Positions 28,191-37,999 are shown, counted from the stretch's first letter. The stretch: 52,931 nt of DNA from Chthoniobacterales bacterium (GCA_039935735.1 JBDTJR010000010.1:1-52931), one strand, 5' to 3'. The notes: generated from the sequence alone by a model not told the origin. A program made the numbers and translations.

Positions 28191-29346
28191 CTAGGGAATA
28201 TCAATTTTAAAGGGCAAAGCACGCAACCCGTCTCCATTCACGAGATCCACCGAAGGATTATATGCCCATGCATAGCGCACGGTTTTCGGTGCAGGAACTT
28301 CCGCGCATTCCAATACAATGCCACCGTCAATAATCGTCGCCGTAGCAGATTTGAAAACACCGCTTACATCAGCAACTTCGAAACCCAGCGGCGGTTGTCC
28401 ATCCGTCGTCTTAAGATTTCCGGCATGATCAAACTCCAGACGCGGTTTCCCCTGTGCAATCTTTGCCGTGCGAATCATAGGACCGGTGGATTCCATTTTC
28501 TGCCCGTAATCACTTACAAGAGTAATTCGCGCAAGGCGTTCGCCCACTGATTTTTTATTTTTGTGATGTAAGTCGTTCGCATCTCCGACATCGACGATGA
28601 TCGCCATCCCTGTTTTTGGAAGTCTTAACGTCTCGCGTTGAATTTCACGCATCTCCGGCCAGTGCTCATGAGCCGGGCAGGAATAATTTGGGAGCTGCAC
28701 AAAATAGAAAGGAAGCTGATCATTCCCCCAATAGTGTCTCCAACTGGTAATCAAGCCGGAAAACGCTTTGGCATAATAATCCTCATTATGCACGGACCAG
28801 TCCAAATGAAGTTCTCGCGTACCCCACACGAGAGAAATCACTAAACCGGTGGTATCGGACTCCCCTTAATACCAAAGAAAGCCACGGATGGCATATCCGA
28901 TGAAAGGATGCGTCATGGCATTAAAGATATTTCCGGGGCCAAGAGAAAAATCCACTCCCCTGGGATCTTGTGCGGCAGGTATCACCTGGGCTGCATTCTC
29001 GTTTTGCTCAAGAAGCCGCACCATATTTGACTGCCCGGCGCAAAACCACACCTCACCCCATAGTACGTCGTGAATTACTTTTTGTGTGTCCGTCCACTTG
29101 TGGTGGTAACTCTACACGCCACTATCCACCGGCATCCGCGTTCGCAGCAACCGAAACGCCATCGACGGCGATAGTAATTTTTTCATTCGGACCAGCTTTA
29201 CCCCAGATTGGAGTTTTGACTCCTGCCTGCAAAACCATGTGATCCGAGAAAAATGCAGGCATCTTTAACTCCGCCCGTGCACTACCAACAAAAACCAGAA
29301 GTAAAACAAACAGGTGTGAGTGACTCAGACAAAGCTTTCTACTCAT
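28191..29346 (-). pseudogene. Decayed sialate O-acetylesterase (SASA/SGNH-type) gene
   Basis: Three collinear fragments: signal peptide plus FFSDHMVLQ..PIWGKA; then WGEVWFCAGQSNM...GFLWY; then GESD...ITSWRHYWG..LPFYFVQLPNY. They are broken by an in-frame TAG (29122-29124), a frameshift at about 29075-29100, and an in-frame TAA (28866-28868) replacing the Q of the conserved WYQGE motif. Confidence 0.8.
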
Positions 29347-29463
29347 AGATTGCAAAATTGGTTTTGACGTCTCGGTAATTTTTTCCCAAAAATGAAGGCT
29401 CAAAGCATCTGACCATTTGAGCGTATTTTTACCGGATAACCCGAACAAACGAAAGATCTCTCT

Positions 29464-30873
29464 ATGAAAAAGTCTATCTCACACACAGAGGAATACGACA
29501 TCGTCGTGCTGGGAAGCGGCGAAGCAGGTAAATACATCGCATGGAGCCAGGCAGAAAAAGGAAAGAAGACAGTCGTCATCGAGCGTAGATATATCGGAGG
29601 CTCATGCCCTAATATCGCTTGTCTTCCCAGTAAGAACATCATCCACAGCGCAAAGATTGCCTCCTATTTCTTCCGCAGCGAAGAGTTTGGAATCCGCAAA
29701 GACAATACCCGTATCGATATGTCCATTGTTCGTGAACGTAAGCGTAATATGGTCAAAGGGCTCGTCGATATGCATCTCGCCATCTATAAAAAAACCGGAG
29801 CGGAATTAGTCATGGGCTCCGGTCACTTCATTTCTCCCAAGACCATCGAAGTCGCATTATCCGATGGTGGCACCCGCACTTTTCACGGTAAGAATGTTAT
29901 CATTAATACAGGTAGTCGCGCAACCGTCGACCCCATCCCCGGACTACTCGAAGCAGATCCCCTTACGCATATCGAGCTTCTCGAATTAGACCACATCCCT
30001 GAACATCTTATAATCATCGGCGGCGGCTATATTGGTCTCGAATTGGCACAGGCGATGCGTCGCTTCGGTAGTCGAGTAACAATTGTTGAGCGGAATAAAC
30101 GTCTGGCGCATCGTGAAGATGAAGATATCTCGGTGGCCCTCCACGATTTATGCAAGGATGAAGGAATCGATCTCGTCACGAATGCTCAAATCACACGTGT
30201 TGAAGGAATATCTGGTCAGCAGGTGAAGTTGTATGGTTCACAAAACGGCACTGAGTTCGTTCTTGAAGGCACTCATTTTCTCGTCGCTAGCGGTCGCAAG
30301 GCAAATACGGATGGAATCGGTCTAGAGTTAGCAGGAGTGGAATTAACCGAGCGTGACACTCTAAAAGTAAATGAGCGGCTCCAAACCACGGCTCCCGGTG
30401 TTTGGGGTGTCGGAGATTGCGCGGGAAGCCCAAATTTCACGCATATTTCTTTCGACGATTTCCGCGTCGTTCGGGATAACCTGGCTGGCATCGAAAAGGT
30501 AACAAGCGGGCGACAAGTGCCGTTCTGCTTGTATACTGATCCCGAGTTTGCCCGGATCGGGCTTAGCGAAACAGAAGCTAAAAAACAGGGTATTCCCTAC
30601 CGACTTACAAAAATTCCCATGGCTGCAGTGTTGCGCACCCGAACACTTTCCGAAACCCGTGGATTCATGAAAGCCCTTGTGGATGCCGGAAGCGATCGCA
30701 TTCTAGGTTTCACTGTTTTTGGAGTGGAAGCGGGAGAGATCATCGCTACCGTCCAGGTCGCTATGCTCGCAGGACTACCCTATACTACGTTACGTGATGC
30801 CGTCTTTACACACCCAACTATGCTAGAGGGTCTTGTCAATCTGTTTACGGCCGTACCGGCTCGAGCCTCTTGA
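29464..30873 (+). CDS. Class I pyridine nucleotide-disulfide oxidoreductase (FAD/NAD(P), redox-active CxxxxC)
   Basis: GSGEAG dinucleotide fold, GGSCPNIACLPSK redox disulfide, second GGGYIGLE fold, and a C-terminal dimerisation domain with HPT. Confidence 0.85.
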   Translation: MKKSISHTEEYDIVVLGSGEAGKYIAWSQAEKGKKTVVIERRYIGGSCPNIACLPSKNIIHSAKIASYFFRSEEFGIRKDNTRIDMSIVRERKRNMVKGLVDMHLAIYKKTGAELVMGSGHFISPKTIEVALSDGGTRTFHGKNVIINTGSRATVDPIPGLLEADPLTHIELLELDHIPEHLIIIGGGYIGLELAQAMRRFGSRVTIVERNKRLAHREDEDISVALHDLCKDEGIDLVTNAQITRVEGISGQQVKLYGSQNGTEFVLEGTHFLVASGRKANTDGIGLELAGVELTERDTLKVNERLQTTAPGVWGVGDCAGSPNFTHISFDDFRVVRDNLAGIEKVTSGRQVPFCLYTDPEFARIGLSETEAKKQGIPYRLTKIPMAAVLRTRTLSETRGFMKALVDAGSDRILGFTVFGVEAGEIIATVQVAMLAGLPYTTLRDAVFTHPTMLEGLVNLFTAVPARAS

Positions 30874-30897
30874 GCATACTCCTAAACTTCTTCATCA

Positions 30898-31632
30898 TTA
30901 TAAATTTCCTCCGGCCGCCTGCCGTGGTTCGAGCTTGCCAGTCTCGGTGACCCACACCGCAAGGGCCGATTGACCGTGCTTTATTTGTCCCACAGGTAGG
31001 CGTAGAGTCGCCGTTGGCGTTTCTCCGCTCATCGCCGATGTTTGGTAATCGACCACGACGAAATCGTGAATCAGCTTGCGCCCCTTATTTTCACCGGCCT
31101 TCACATCGGAGCTTGCGCCCAACGTTAGTAAAGCTACATGAGCCTCCCATTTGGCTTCTATTTTATTTGACGGTTGGAAAGTGACTTCCACTTTTCCACT
31201 CTCATGAAGCGTCGCAGAAAGTTTTCCCACTTCCTTTTTTATCGATGAAATAGAATGCAGGTCACGCGGTCTCCACTCTGCTCCGTTCAAAACAAAAGCT
31301 GGCGTATACACGCTATCGCTCCCCCACGAGGCCGCATAGTCATGCTGACGGCGAGTAGCCTGCGCGCTCGCAAAAGGATCACTCCAGCCAAGCTTGTCCC
31401 AATAATCGACATGGAAAGCGACAGGCACGACTTCTTTCCAAAGCTCCGGACTACGACGCAGACTCGAAAACCATTCCTCGGCGGGCGGGCAGCTCGAACA
31501 CCCTTCTGAAGTAAACAACTCCAGTAAAGACGTCCGCATAGGTCCACTCTGCACCGTTACCTCCATAGCCTCAGAATTTCCTATAAAACAGGAAAACCAC
31601 AGGATCAAAACAACGGACCGAATAAGCTGCAT
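30898..31632 (-). CDS. Secreted DUF1223 (thioredoxin-like) protein
   Basis: Signal peptide plus LELFTSEGCSSCPPAE, the DUF1223 hallmark. Confidence 0.75.
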   Translation of the reverse strand: MQLIRSVVLILWFSCFIGNSEAMEVTVQSGPMRTSLLELFTSEGCSSCPPAEEWFSSLRRSPELWKEVVPVAFHVDYWDKLGWSDPFASAQATRRQHDYAASWGSDSVYTPAFVLNGAEWRPRDLHSISSIKKEVGKLSATLHESGKVEVTFQPSNKIEAKWEAHVALLTLGASSDVKAGENKGRKLIHDFVVVDYQTSAMSGETPTATLRLPVGQIKHGQSALAVWVTETGKLEPRQAAGGNL

Positions 31633-31673
31633 ATCTATTCGAGATACGAAGCACCCTGTTTATTCCCTCCTAT

Positions 31674-32510
31674 CTACCCCTTCGCCTTTTTATAAAGCTC
31701 GGACGCTGTTTCCCAATTCACGATGTCCCACCAGGCTTTCATATAATCCGCACGCACGTTTTTATATTTCAGATAGTAGGCATGCTCCCAGACGTCCAAT
31801 GCGAGAATGGGTTTTCCGGGAACTTCGGCGATGTCTGCCATCACCGGTGAATCCTGATTCGGCGTGGAAGTGATCTTCAGCTCTCCCTGTGGTGTATAGA
31901 CAAGCCATGCCCAACCGGAGCCGAATACTGTTCCTGCTTCCTTGATGAAAGCCTCCTTGAATTTATCCATGCTGCCAAAGGTGGCGATGATTGCTGCCTC
32001 AAGCGATGGGGATAGACGCTTACTGTCCTTATTCGGCGTCATCATACGCCAGAACAGGCTGTGATTGTAATATCCACCGCCATTATTGCGGATCGCCTTA
32101 CGAACCGCTTCGGGCAAGCTTTTGATCGAAACCAATAACTCCTCGATGCTTTTGGTCTTCAACTCTGGCGCACTTTCGAGCGCCTTGTTCAAATTATTCG
32201 TATATCCGACATAATGCTTGTCGTGATGCAGGTGCATTGTCTCTGTATCGATCGAAGGCTGTAGTGCGCTGTAATCATACGGCAAAGGCGCTGCCTGGAA
32301 TACGCCATCCGTTTCCGGCATCATGTCAGCAGTTCCGCTGGCGCTCGCCGCGCTGACCGAAGCCGCCCGGAGCATCGAAGGTAATTCCATTACTGTTGCA
32401 AGAGCCACACCGCCAAGAAACATAAACCGCCGCCGCGAGAACCGCGATGACGCATCACTGACTGTCTGCAAACCGGTATTCGTATTCATAAAGAACAGGA
32501 TATTCCGCAT
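31674..32510 (-). CDS. Fe/Mn superoxide dismutase with N-terminal twin-arginine (Tat) signal
   Basis: HHDKHY, the DVWEHAYYL metal-ligand motif, and an LPYDYSALQP mature N-terminus. An extension of about 70 aa carries SRRRFMFLGG (32418-32438). AAGGAG lies 4 nt before ATG 32510. Confidence 0.9.
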   Translation of the reverse strand: MRNILFFMNTNTGLQTVSDASSRFSRRRFMFLGGVALATVMELPSMLRAASVSAASASGTADMMPETDGVFQAAPLPYDYSALQPSIDTETMHLHHDKHYVGYTNNLNKALESAPELKTKSIEELLVSIKSLPEAVRKAIRNNGGGYYNHSLFWRMMTPNKDSKRLSPSLEAAIIATFGSMDKFKEAFIKEAGTVFGSGWAWLVYTPQGELKITSTPNQDSPVMADIAEVPGKPILALDVWEHAYYLKYKNVRADYMKAWWDIVNWETASELYKKAKG

Positions 32511-32571
32511 TTGCTCCTTGGCAACCCGTAAGGAGGGTAAGGGCTATCCTATTTGCGGCATTTTCGCGCTC

Positions 32572-32600
32572 TTATAATCTCTTTTGCTCGATCGTACCAA
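32572..32600 (-). promoter_or_regulatory. Putative sigma70-type promoter of the SOD gene
   Basis: The minus strand reads TTGGTA-17 nt-TTATAA, about 60 nt upstream of the ATG. Confidence 0.35.
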
Positions 32601-32662
32601 AAAGATTTTGACAACCTGCACCTAGCACACACAATCGCCTAAGCTTTAAGCCCTTCTATTTC

Positions 32663-34357
32663 GTGAGTATTAAGCACGTTAAACTACCCGCCACCTTCCC
32701 AAAGCTCCATGATTACAATACATGGAGCTACGATTCCGAGCATACCACTCAGGAACAAGTCGCCGCACAGGAAAAGCTACAGCAAGAGTTTGCCGCACAT
32801 TTCGAAACAAAATTCGGCAAAGGGGTCTACATCTCTCCGAATGCCGCCATGCTATGCTCGCGTCTTGTTCTGGGTGATCATTCCTATATCGCTGGTTATT
32901 GCTACGTTACCAATGATCTGGAAATGGGGTCGAACTCCACCATGAATATTCACTGCATGTCGCGCGGTAAAGTGAAAATGGGCAATGATGTGCGTATCGG
33001 CGCCTACGCCACGTTCATGGCGGTGAATCATATCCATGAAGACTGGGAAAAAACCATCCGCACGCAGGGCACCGAATGGAAAGAAATCACGATTGGCGAC
33101 GACGTCTGGATCGGCTCACATGTAACTATCCTGCCCGGAGTTACTGTCGGCTCTCATTCAATCATCGGTGCGGGCGCGATTGTCACCAAAGACATTCCCG
33201 AATACTCCATCGCTGTCGGAAATCCCGCGAAGGTGGTTCGCGACAGGCGGGTTAAAAAAGGAAGCTCTGCCAATAGCAGCGCTCTCGAAAAAAAGATCAC
33301 TACATTTGGTCAAAAGGTCGCACAGCAATGGCCGGATGTTCTCGCGAAATTCGAAACTACAGATCCGAAGCTCGGCCCGTGCTATCAGGAGAAAGCGGAT
33401 ATGCGTTACGCCCTTGCATTGCGCAGGACAGCCGATGCCATCGAAATCGCCGCGATGTTCAATTCCCTTCCCGCACTGATGAAAAAGGAAGAATACGCTG
33501 CGTTCTTTCTAAAGCATCAGGACCAGGAATCCGGTCTTTTCTACGACCCCTGGGTAGAGGAAAGCCGCAAGGAACCGGAGTTGTTGGAATCCCGGATGGC
33601 GGCCTACAATTTTTTGACGGTTGGCTATGCCCTTGAGCTTCTCGATTCAAAACCTCTCCATCCCATTTCCCTTCTCGATAAACTCTCTACAGAGCGTCTT
33701 CTCGCAAAACTCAACAGCCTCCCGTGGACAAGTGCTTCATGGGGTGCCGGCGCGTGGATCGATCACTACTCCACCGCCGCCTATCTCCATAAAAAATACT
33801 TTAATCCCGATTTCTCTCTCGAAGCGCTTTTCGGGTGGATGACGCTTCACGCCGATTCTTTTACCGGCATGTGGGGAAAGCCAATACAAGAAACAGGCTG
33901 GATCGAACCCGTCAATGGCTTCTACCGGATGACCCGCGGCTCCTATGCGCAATTCGGAGTTCCCATTCCCCACCCCGAGCGCGCGATCGATACTATCCTC
34001 GTGCAGGCGAACGATCCCCGTTACTTCGGCGAAGGCAAATATAACGCCTGCAATGTGCTCGATGTCATTCATCCGCTCTGGCTTTGCGCCAAACAAACCC
34101 AATATCGCAAAGCCGAGGCCACACAATGGGCCCGCACAATGCTCGACCTCTCCATGGCAAAGTGGCGCGATGGCGACGGCTTTGGTTTCGATATCGATCC
34201 TGGAACAAAACCCAACGCACAGCCCAGCCTGCAAGGCACAGAAATGTGGCTAAGTATCATTTTCCTCCTCTGCGAATATCTCGGAGTCGCACCCGCTCTC
34301 GGCTATCGTCCGAAAGGTGTCCACCGAATCGAAGTCGCCCTGCCGCTGACAAAATGA
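32663..34357 (+). CDS. Fusion protein: left-handed beta-helix sugar O-acetyltransferase (Maa/LacA-like) plus a C-terminal domain of about 350 aa with unknown function
   Basis: Hexapeptide repeats GDDVWIGSHVTILPGVTVGSHSIIGAGAIVTKDIPEYSIAVGNPAKVV. The helical C-terminal half has QDQESGLF, SFTGMWG and DGDGFGF, which recall prenyltransferase/terpene-cyclase-type repeats. GTG start is uncertain. Confidence 0.65.
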   Translation: MSIKHVKLPATFPKLHDYNTWSYDSEHTTQEQVAAQEKLQQEFAAHFETKFGKGVYISPNAAMLCSRLVLGDHSYIAGYCYVTNDLEMGSNSTMNIHCMSRGKVKMGNDVRIGAYATFMAVNHIHEDWEKTIRTQGTEWKEITIGDDVWIGSHVTILPGVTVGSHSIIGAGAIVTKDIPEYSIAVGNPAKVVRDRRVKKGSSANSSALEKKITTFGQKVAQQWPDVLAKFETTDPKLGPCYQEKADMRYALALRRTADAIEIAAMFNSLPALMKKEEYAAFFLKHQDQESGLFYDPWVEESRKEPELLESRMAAYNFLTVGYALELLDSKPLHPISLLDKLSTERLLAKLNSLPWTSASWGAGAWIDHYSTAAYLHKKYFNPDFSLEALFGWMTLHADSFTGMWGKPIQETGWIEPVNGFYRMTRGSYAQFGVPIPHPERAIDTILVQANDPRYFGEGKYNACNVLDVIHPLWLCAKQTQYRKAEATQWARTMLDLSMAKWRDGDGFGFDIDPGTKPNAQPSLQGTEMWLSIIFLLCEYLGVAPALGYRPKGVHRIEVALPLTK

Positions 34358-35346
34358 AAGCGATTTATCTTTGCGACCATTCGGAACACTTTGATCAGGT
34401 ATGGGCATCGGAGCAAAAAAGCCGCTTGCGTTCCGTTGTCGATATTTCGGACAGGATGTTCAAATCCGACGAACTCCCTGCTGAAGCTACGAATCTGAAA
34501 GACGTGGAAGTGGCCTTCTCCACCTGGGGAATGCCTGCTCTCACCGAAGAGCAACTCGACTATCTTCCAAACCTCCGCGCCGTCTTCTACGCCGCTGGCA
34601 CCACCCGCAACTTCGCGCTCCCGTTTCTAAAACGGAACATTCTCGTTGTAAACGCCGCCGCTGCAAATGCCGTTCCCGTTGCGGAGTTCACGCTCTCACA
34701 AATTCTTTTCGCGCTGAAATTCGGCTGGCAACAGGCGATGGCTTTGAAAAACGGCGGTCCGGAAAATTGGAAACGCCGGGATATGCCCGGTGTTTACGAA
34801 AACACGATTGGTATTATTTCTCTCGGCCTGATCGGTCGTAAAGTCTGCGAACTGCTTCGCCCTTTTGTCCTCAAAAAACTGGCTTTCGATCCCCATGCCT
34901 CCGCTGAGACTTTTCAGTCTCTCGATGTAAAGTCTGCCTCGCTCGAATCTCTCTTTGCAGAAAGTGAAGTCGTCACACTCCATGCTCCATGGCTACCACA
35001 AACCGAAGGGCTTATCACCGGCAAACTCATCGCATCCATGAAACCGAACGCGACTTTCATCAATACCTCTCGTGGAGCCATCGTTAACGAGCCCGAAATG
35101 ATCGAAGTCCTGAAGCAACGTCCTGATCTAATGGCGGTGCTCGATGTCAGCAACCCCGAGCCACCAGTTACGAGTTCTCCGCTTTATACCCTTCCAAATG
35201 TCATTCTCACACCGCACATCGCGGGTTCGATGGGCAAGGAAGTGCGCCGTATGTCGGACATGATGATCGACGAATTCATTGCATGGACAAAAGGCCATGC
35301 CTCTCCGCATACGGTCACTTTCGAAACCCTCGAAAAAAGCGCCTGA
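34354..35346 (+). CDS. D-isomer-specific 2-hydroxyacid dehydrogenase family protein
   Basis: GIISLGLIGRKV NAD fold, LHAPW, NTSRG and TPHIAG motifs. True start is ATG 34354 (MKAIYLC), overlapping the upstream stop as ATGA. The track's 34084 extension is Arg-rich and overlaps the previous gene. Confidence 0.85.
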   Translation: MKAIYLCDHSEHFDQVWASEQKSRLRSVVDISDRMFKSDELPAEATNLKDVEVAFSTWGMPALTEEQLDYLPNLRAVFYAAGTTRNFALPFLKRNILVVNAAAANAVPVAEFTLSQILFALKFGWQQAMALKNGGPENWKRRDMPGVYENTIGIISLGLIGRKVCELLRPFVLKKLAFDPHASAETFQSLDVKSASLESLFAESEVVTLHAPWLPQTEGLITGKLIASMKPNATFINTSRGAIVNEPEMIEVLKQRPDLMAVLDVSNPEPPVTSSPLYTLPNVILTPHIAGSMGKEVRRMSDMMIDEFIAWTKGHASPHTVTFETLEKSA

Positions 35347-35358
35347 TCAATTTACTCT

Positions 35359-35877
35359 ATGAATCCCGCCACAAAAGAAGAACTCGTATCGACAATTCCC
35401 GAAAGCCGTAATCCTTACACAGAGGATCCTGACCGCCACGCCATCTGGGATGCACTCGTCAAACGCGATTACGAAGCTTTCCTCTCCTATGACTGGAGTA
35501 TTTGTGCCGATGATTTCGTTGAAAGTGAATTCGTTGCCTACGATGCAGGATTCAAGGCCGACACCGCGCTCTGGAAATTGAAATATCCCCGACTCTCAGA
35601 CTACCGGGATGAATGGCTTCGCCAGGCTCGTGAGTTTCTCTCCGTCGAATTCAATGGCATCAGCAAAATCGACTTCCTGTACAAGGCAATCGATCTCAGT
35701 TATATCGAACTTCAGGGTGACCGCGGGCTAGCCCGTAAAAAATTCAACGCCTCCGTCGAAACGACAAAAGGCGATACCGTCACCCTCGATTGGCAAAGCA
35801 TTTTCTTTTTGAAGAAAGACGAAGGCCGCTGGAAGGTTACCGGCTTTATCGGTTATCTCCCAAGGAAGATGATGTAG
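35359..35877 (+). CDS. Hypothetical protein, possibly NTF2/SnoaL-like fold
   Basis: 172 aa with alpha+beta pattern and the C-terminal GRWKVTGF strand typical of NTF2-like proteins. No catalytic motif recognised. Confidence 0.45.
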   Translation: MNPATKEELVSTIPESRNPYTEDPDRHAIWDALVKRDYEAFLSYDWSICADDFVESEFVAYDAGFKADTALWKLKYPRLSDYRDEWLRQAREFLSVEFNGISKIDFLYKAIDLSYIELQGDRGLARKKFNASVETTKGDTVTLDWQSIFFLKKDEGRWKVTGFIGYLPRKMM

Positions 35878-35887
35878 AGATTTCGGG

Positions 35888-36964
35888 TCAGGCTGGCATT
35901 GCTTCGAGAAGGAAGCGCTTCCAGTTTCCGAAAAATACCTTATCGATATCCTCCGACTTATAGCCACGGCTCTCGAGGACAACCTCGAGCTTGTGGAGAT
36001 CGTAAATCGTTTCGATGTCGCCCGGGCTTTGCTCCGTGCCGTAACCACCGTCAAGATCGCTTCCGATCGCGGCATGGTTACAATTTCCCGCCAACTGGCA
36101 GATATGGTCGATATGGTCGGCGACATTTTCCATCGTCACAAGATCACGGGACGTTTTCCCCAACACCCAGCCGGGCATAAGCATCCAGGTATCCATAACT
36201 GCACCGATCACGCCATCGCGCTCGATGATCATGCGCAACTGCTCGTCGGTAAACTGGCGTTCGTCATTCACAAGACTGCGGCAGTTGTTATGACTCGCAT
36301 GAATACGACCGCCAAAAAGATCAATCGCCTGGAAAAAGCTAGGATCGCTCATGTGCGTCATATCGAGAATCATCCCGACTTCCTCCATAGCCTTGAGCAC
36401 CGCAGGAGCGCGTGAAGTCAACGGGCCGGAAGCATTGGTCCCCACCGCATAAGCGCTTGCGCCGTAATGAGACAGACCTAGCAAGCGCAGACCACGATCC
36501 CACCATACTTTGATATCGTCGGCATTCAGGATCGGATCAGCCCCTTCCATCGCGAGAAAATATCCCTGTGGTTGCGCATCAAAATCTTTCTCGCAAGCCG
36601 CCCAATGCGATTTCAAATCCGATGCCGTAAAGAGCTGACGCATCGCACCCTGGCTTTCGAGGATATGGTAATACTGAAGCTGCCCGACCGCCGTCGCATT
36701 CGCAATCTCCTGGTTTCTAAAATCCAGATCCACCCGCTTCCAGGAAAGCACTTCGGATTTGGCACGTGCTAGAAGCGTTGCAAAACAAACGGCCATTTTC
36801 GCACGCTTCATTTCCGGAAGACTCACCGTCGCAAGATCACGGCCCTGCGTGTCATCCATTCCTCTTTCAGCGGCGCGAATGTGCGCGATGGATTTTGTAA
36901 TATCCCGGTTCCATGACATGGCGTTCCAGGAAAGGTCCAAATGGGAGTCGATTAGGTATCTCAT
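35888..36964 (-). CDS. Membrane-dipeptidase family (peptidase M19) protein
   Basis: IDSHLDL (HxD), GLSHYG, and VADHIDHICQLAG..HAAIGSDLDGG match the M19 zinc-ligand architecture. Confidence 0.8.
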   Translation of the reverse strand: MRYLIDSHLDLSWNAMSWNRDITKSIAHIRAAERGMDDTQGRDLATVSLPEMKRAKMAVCFATLLARAKSEVLSWKRVDLDFRNQEIANATAVGQLQYYHILESQGAMRQLFTASDLKSHWAACEKDFDAQPQGYFLAMEGADPILNADDIKVWWDRGLRLLGLSHYGASAYAVGTNASGPLTSRAPAVLKAMEEVGMILDMTHMSDPSFFQAIDLFGGRIHASHNNCRSLVNDERQFTDEQLRMIIERDGVIGAVMDTWMLMPGWVLGKTSRDLVTMENVADHIDHICQLAGNCNHAAIGSDLDGGYGTEQSPGDIETIYDLHKLEVVLESRGYKSEDIDKVFFGNWKRFLLEAMPA

Positions 36965-37024
36965 GCGTGAATTTTTAAAGTTAGCACGTCTTCCCCTACG
37001 GTCAATATTGAGATCAATTTTCCT

Positions 37025-37990
37025 TCAGCGGGATTTCTCTATCGGCGTGTATTTGTCCGCCAATCGCCGCATTTCCCAGGTAAAATCCCGCCATTTCTTC
37101 TCCCACTCGGCAGCTTCCTCTGGAGTGTAGGCGTAAAAACCCCGTTGATTGGCAATACCCTTCGCTCCGCTCTCTGCAAGCTTCCTAAGGGTTTCAGGTG
37201 ACTTTTTGGCATCACAGAGCTCTGCCGCCAGCTCATCGAGAACCGAGTGATAAGCCGGAATCCCCGTCAAATCCACCCAGCGAAAAGGCCCTGCAATCGT
37301 GGCCCAGGAACCGATGTCATTGCGAAAGGACGCGTCAATATCCTCCACATTACCGATTCCATTTTCCAAAAGATACAAAGCCTCCCGCAGCATCGCGTAC
37401 CTCAGGCGATTGGTGATAAATCCCCGAATGTCCTTTTTAACAACCACCACATCCTTACCAACCGCGCGTCCAAGCGCAGCAGTCGTCTCCGCAGTGGTAT
37501 CCGAGGTCTGCTCTCCGCGAATCACTTCAAGAAAGCGAATGATATGGCACGGCTCGCCCCAATGCATGCCGATAAACCGCTCAGGATGCTTACGCCCCAT
37601 CTGCAACAGCGTTATGGGAAGCGCTGAGGTGTTGCTCGCAATAATAGCCGCCGGAGAAATTACCTTCTCCAGCAGCTCAAAAATCCCGCGCTTGTCCTCC
37701 AGACTCTCGACCGCACTTTCAATAACGAACGGACAATCCTTCAGTCCTTCAATATCCGGAGTAACCGTGAGGTTTTTCCTACCTGTCGCTGTAAGATCCG
37801 CGGATGCACCAAGGTTCTCAACCAACTCCTGTAAAGCGATGTCTACATGTTCCTTTGCAGCTTCTGCCGCTTCCTCACTCCGATCACAACCGATAACGCG
37901 GTAACCATGAGCCAGCAGGCAGGCCGCGATACCGCGCCCGAGCAAGCCCAGCCCTACGATTCCGATCGGTTGTTCCCGCGGTGGTTCCAT
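37025..37990 (-). CDS. 3-hydroxyacyl-CoA dehydrogenase family NAD-binding protein
   Basis: IGIVGLGLLGRGIA Rossmann motif, the SNTS signature and a C-terminal HADH helical domain. Confidence 0.85.
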   Translation of the reverse strand: MEPPREQPIGIVGLGLLGRGIAACLLAHGYRVIGCDRSEEAAEAAKEHVDIALQELVENLGASADLTATGRKNLTVTPDIEGLKDCPFVIESAVESLEDKRGIFELLEKVISPAAIIASNTSALPITLLQMGRKHPERFIGMHWGEPCHIIRFLEVIRGEQTSDTTAETTAALGRAVGKDVVVVKKDIRGFITNRLRYAMLREALYLLENGIGNVEDIDASFRNDIGSWATIAGPFRWVDLTGIPAYHSVLDELAAELCDAKKSPETLRKLAESGAKGIANQRGFYAYTPEEAAEWEKKWRDFTWEMRRLADKYTPIEKSR

Positions 37991-37999
37991 GACAGATGC

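Noticed and set aside
29464-30873. Calling the flavoprotein a mercuric reductase (merA)
   Set aside because: It has no N-terminal HMA/NmerA domain and no C-terminal Cys-Cys pair, and no merR/T/P genes are nearby. Only the generic class I CxxxxC disulfide-reductase features are present.
34084-34353. 90-aa N-terminal extension of the 2-hydroxyacid dehydrogenase ORF
   Set aside because: It overlaps the C-terminus of the acetyltransferase-fusion gene in another frame, is Arg/Ser/Pro-rich and non-homologous. ATG 34354 gives a canonical family N-terminus and an ATGA coupling.
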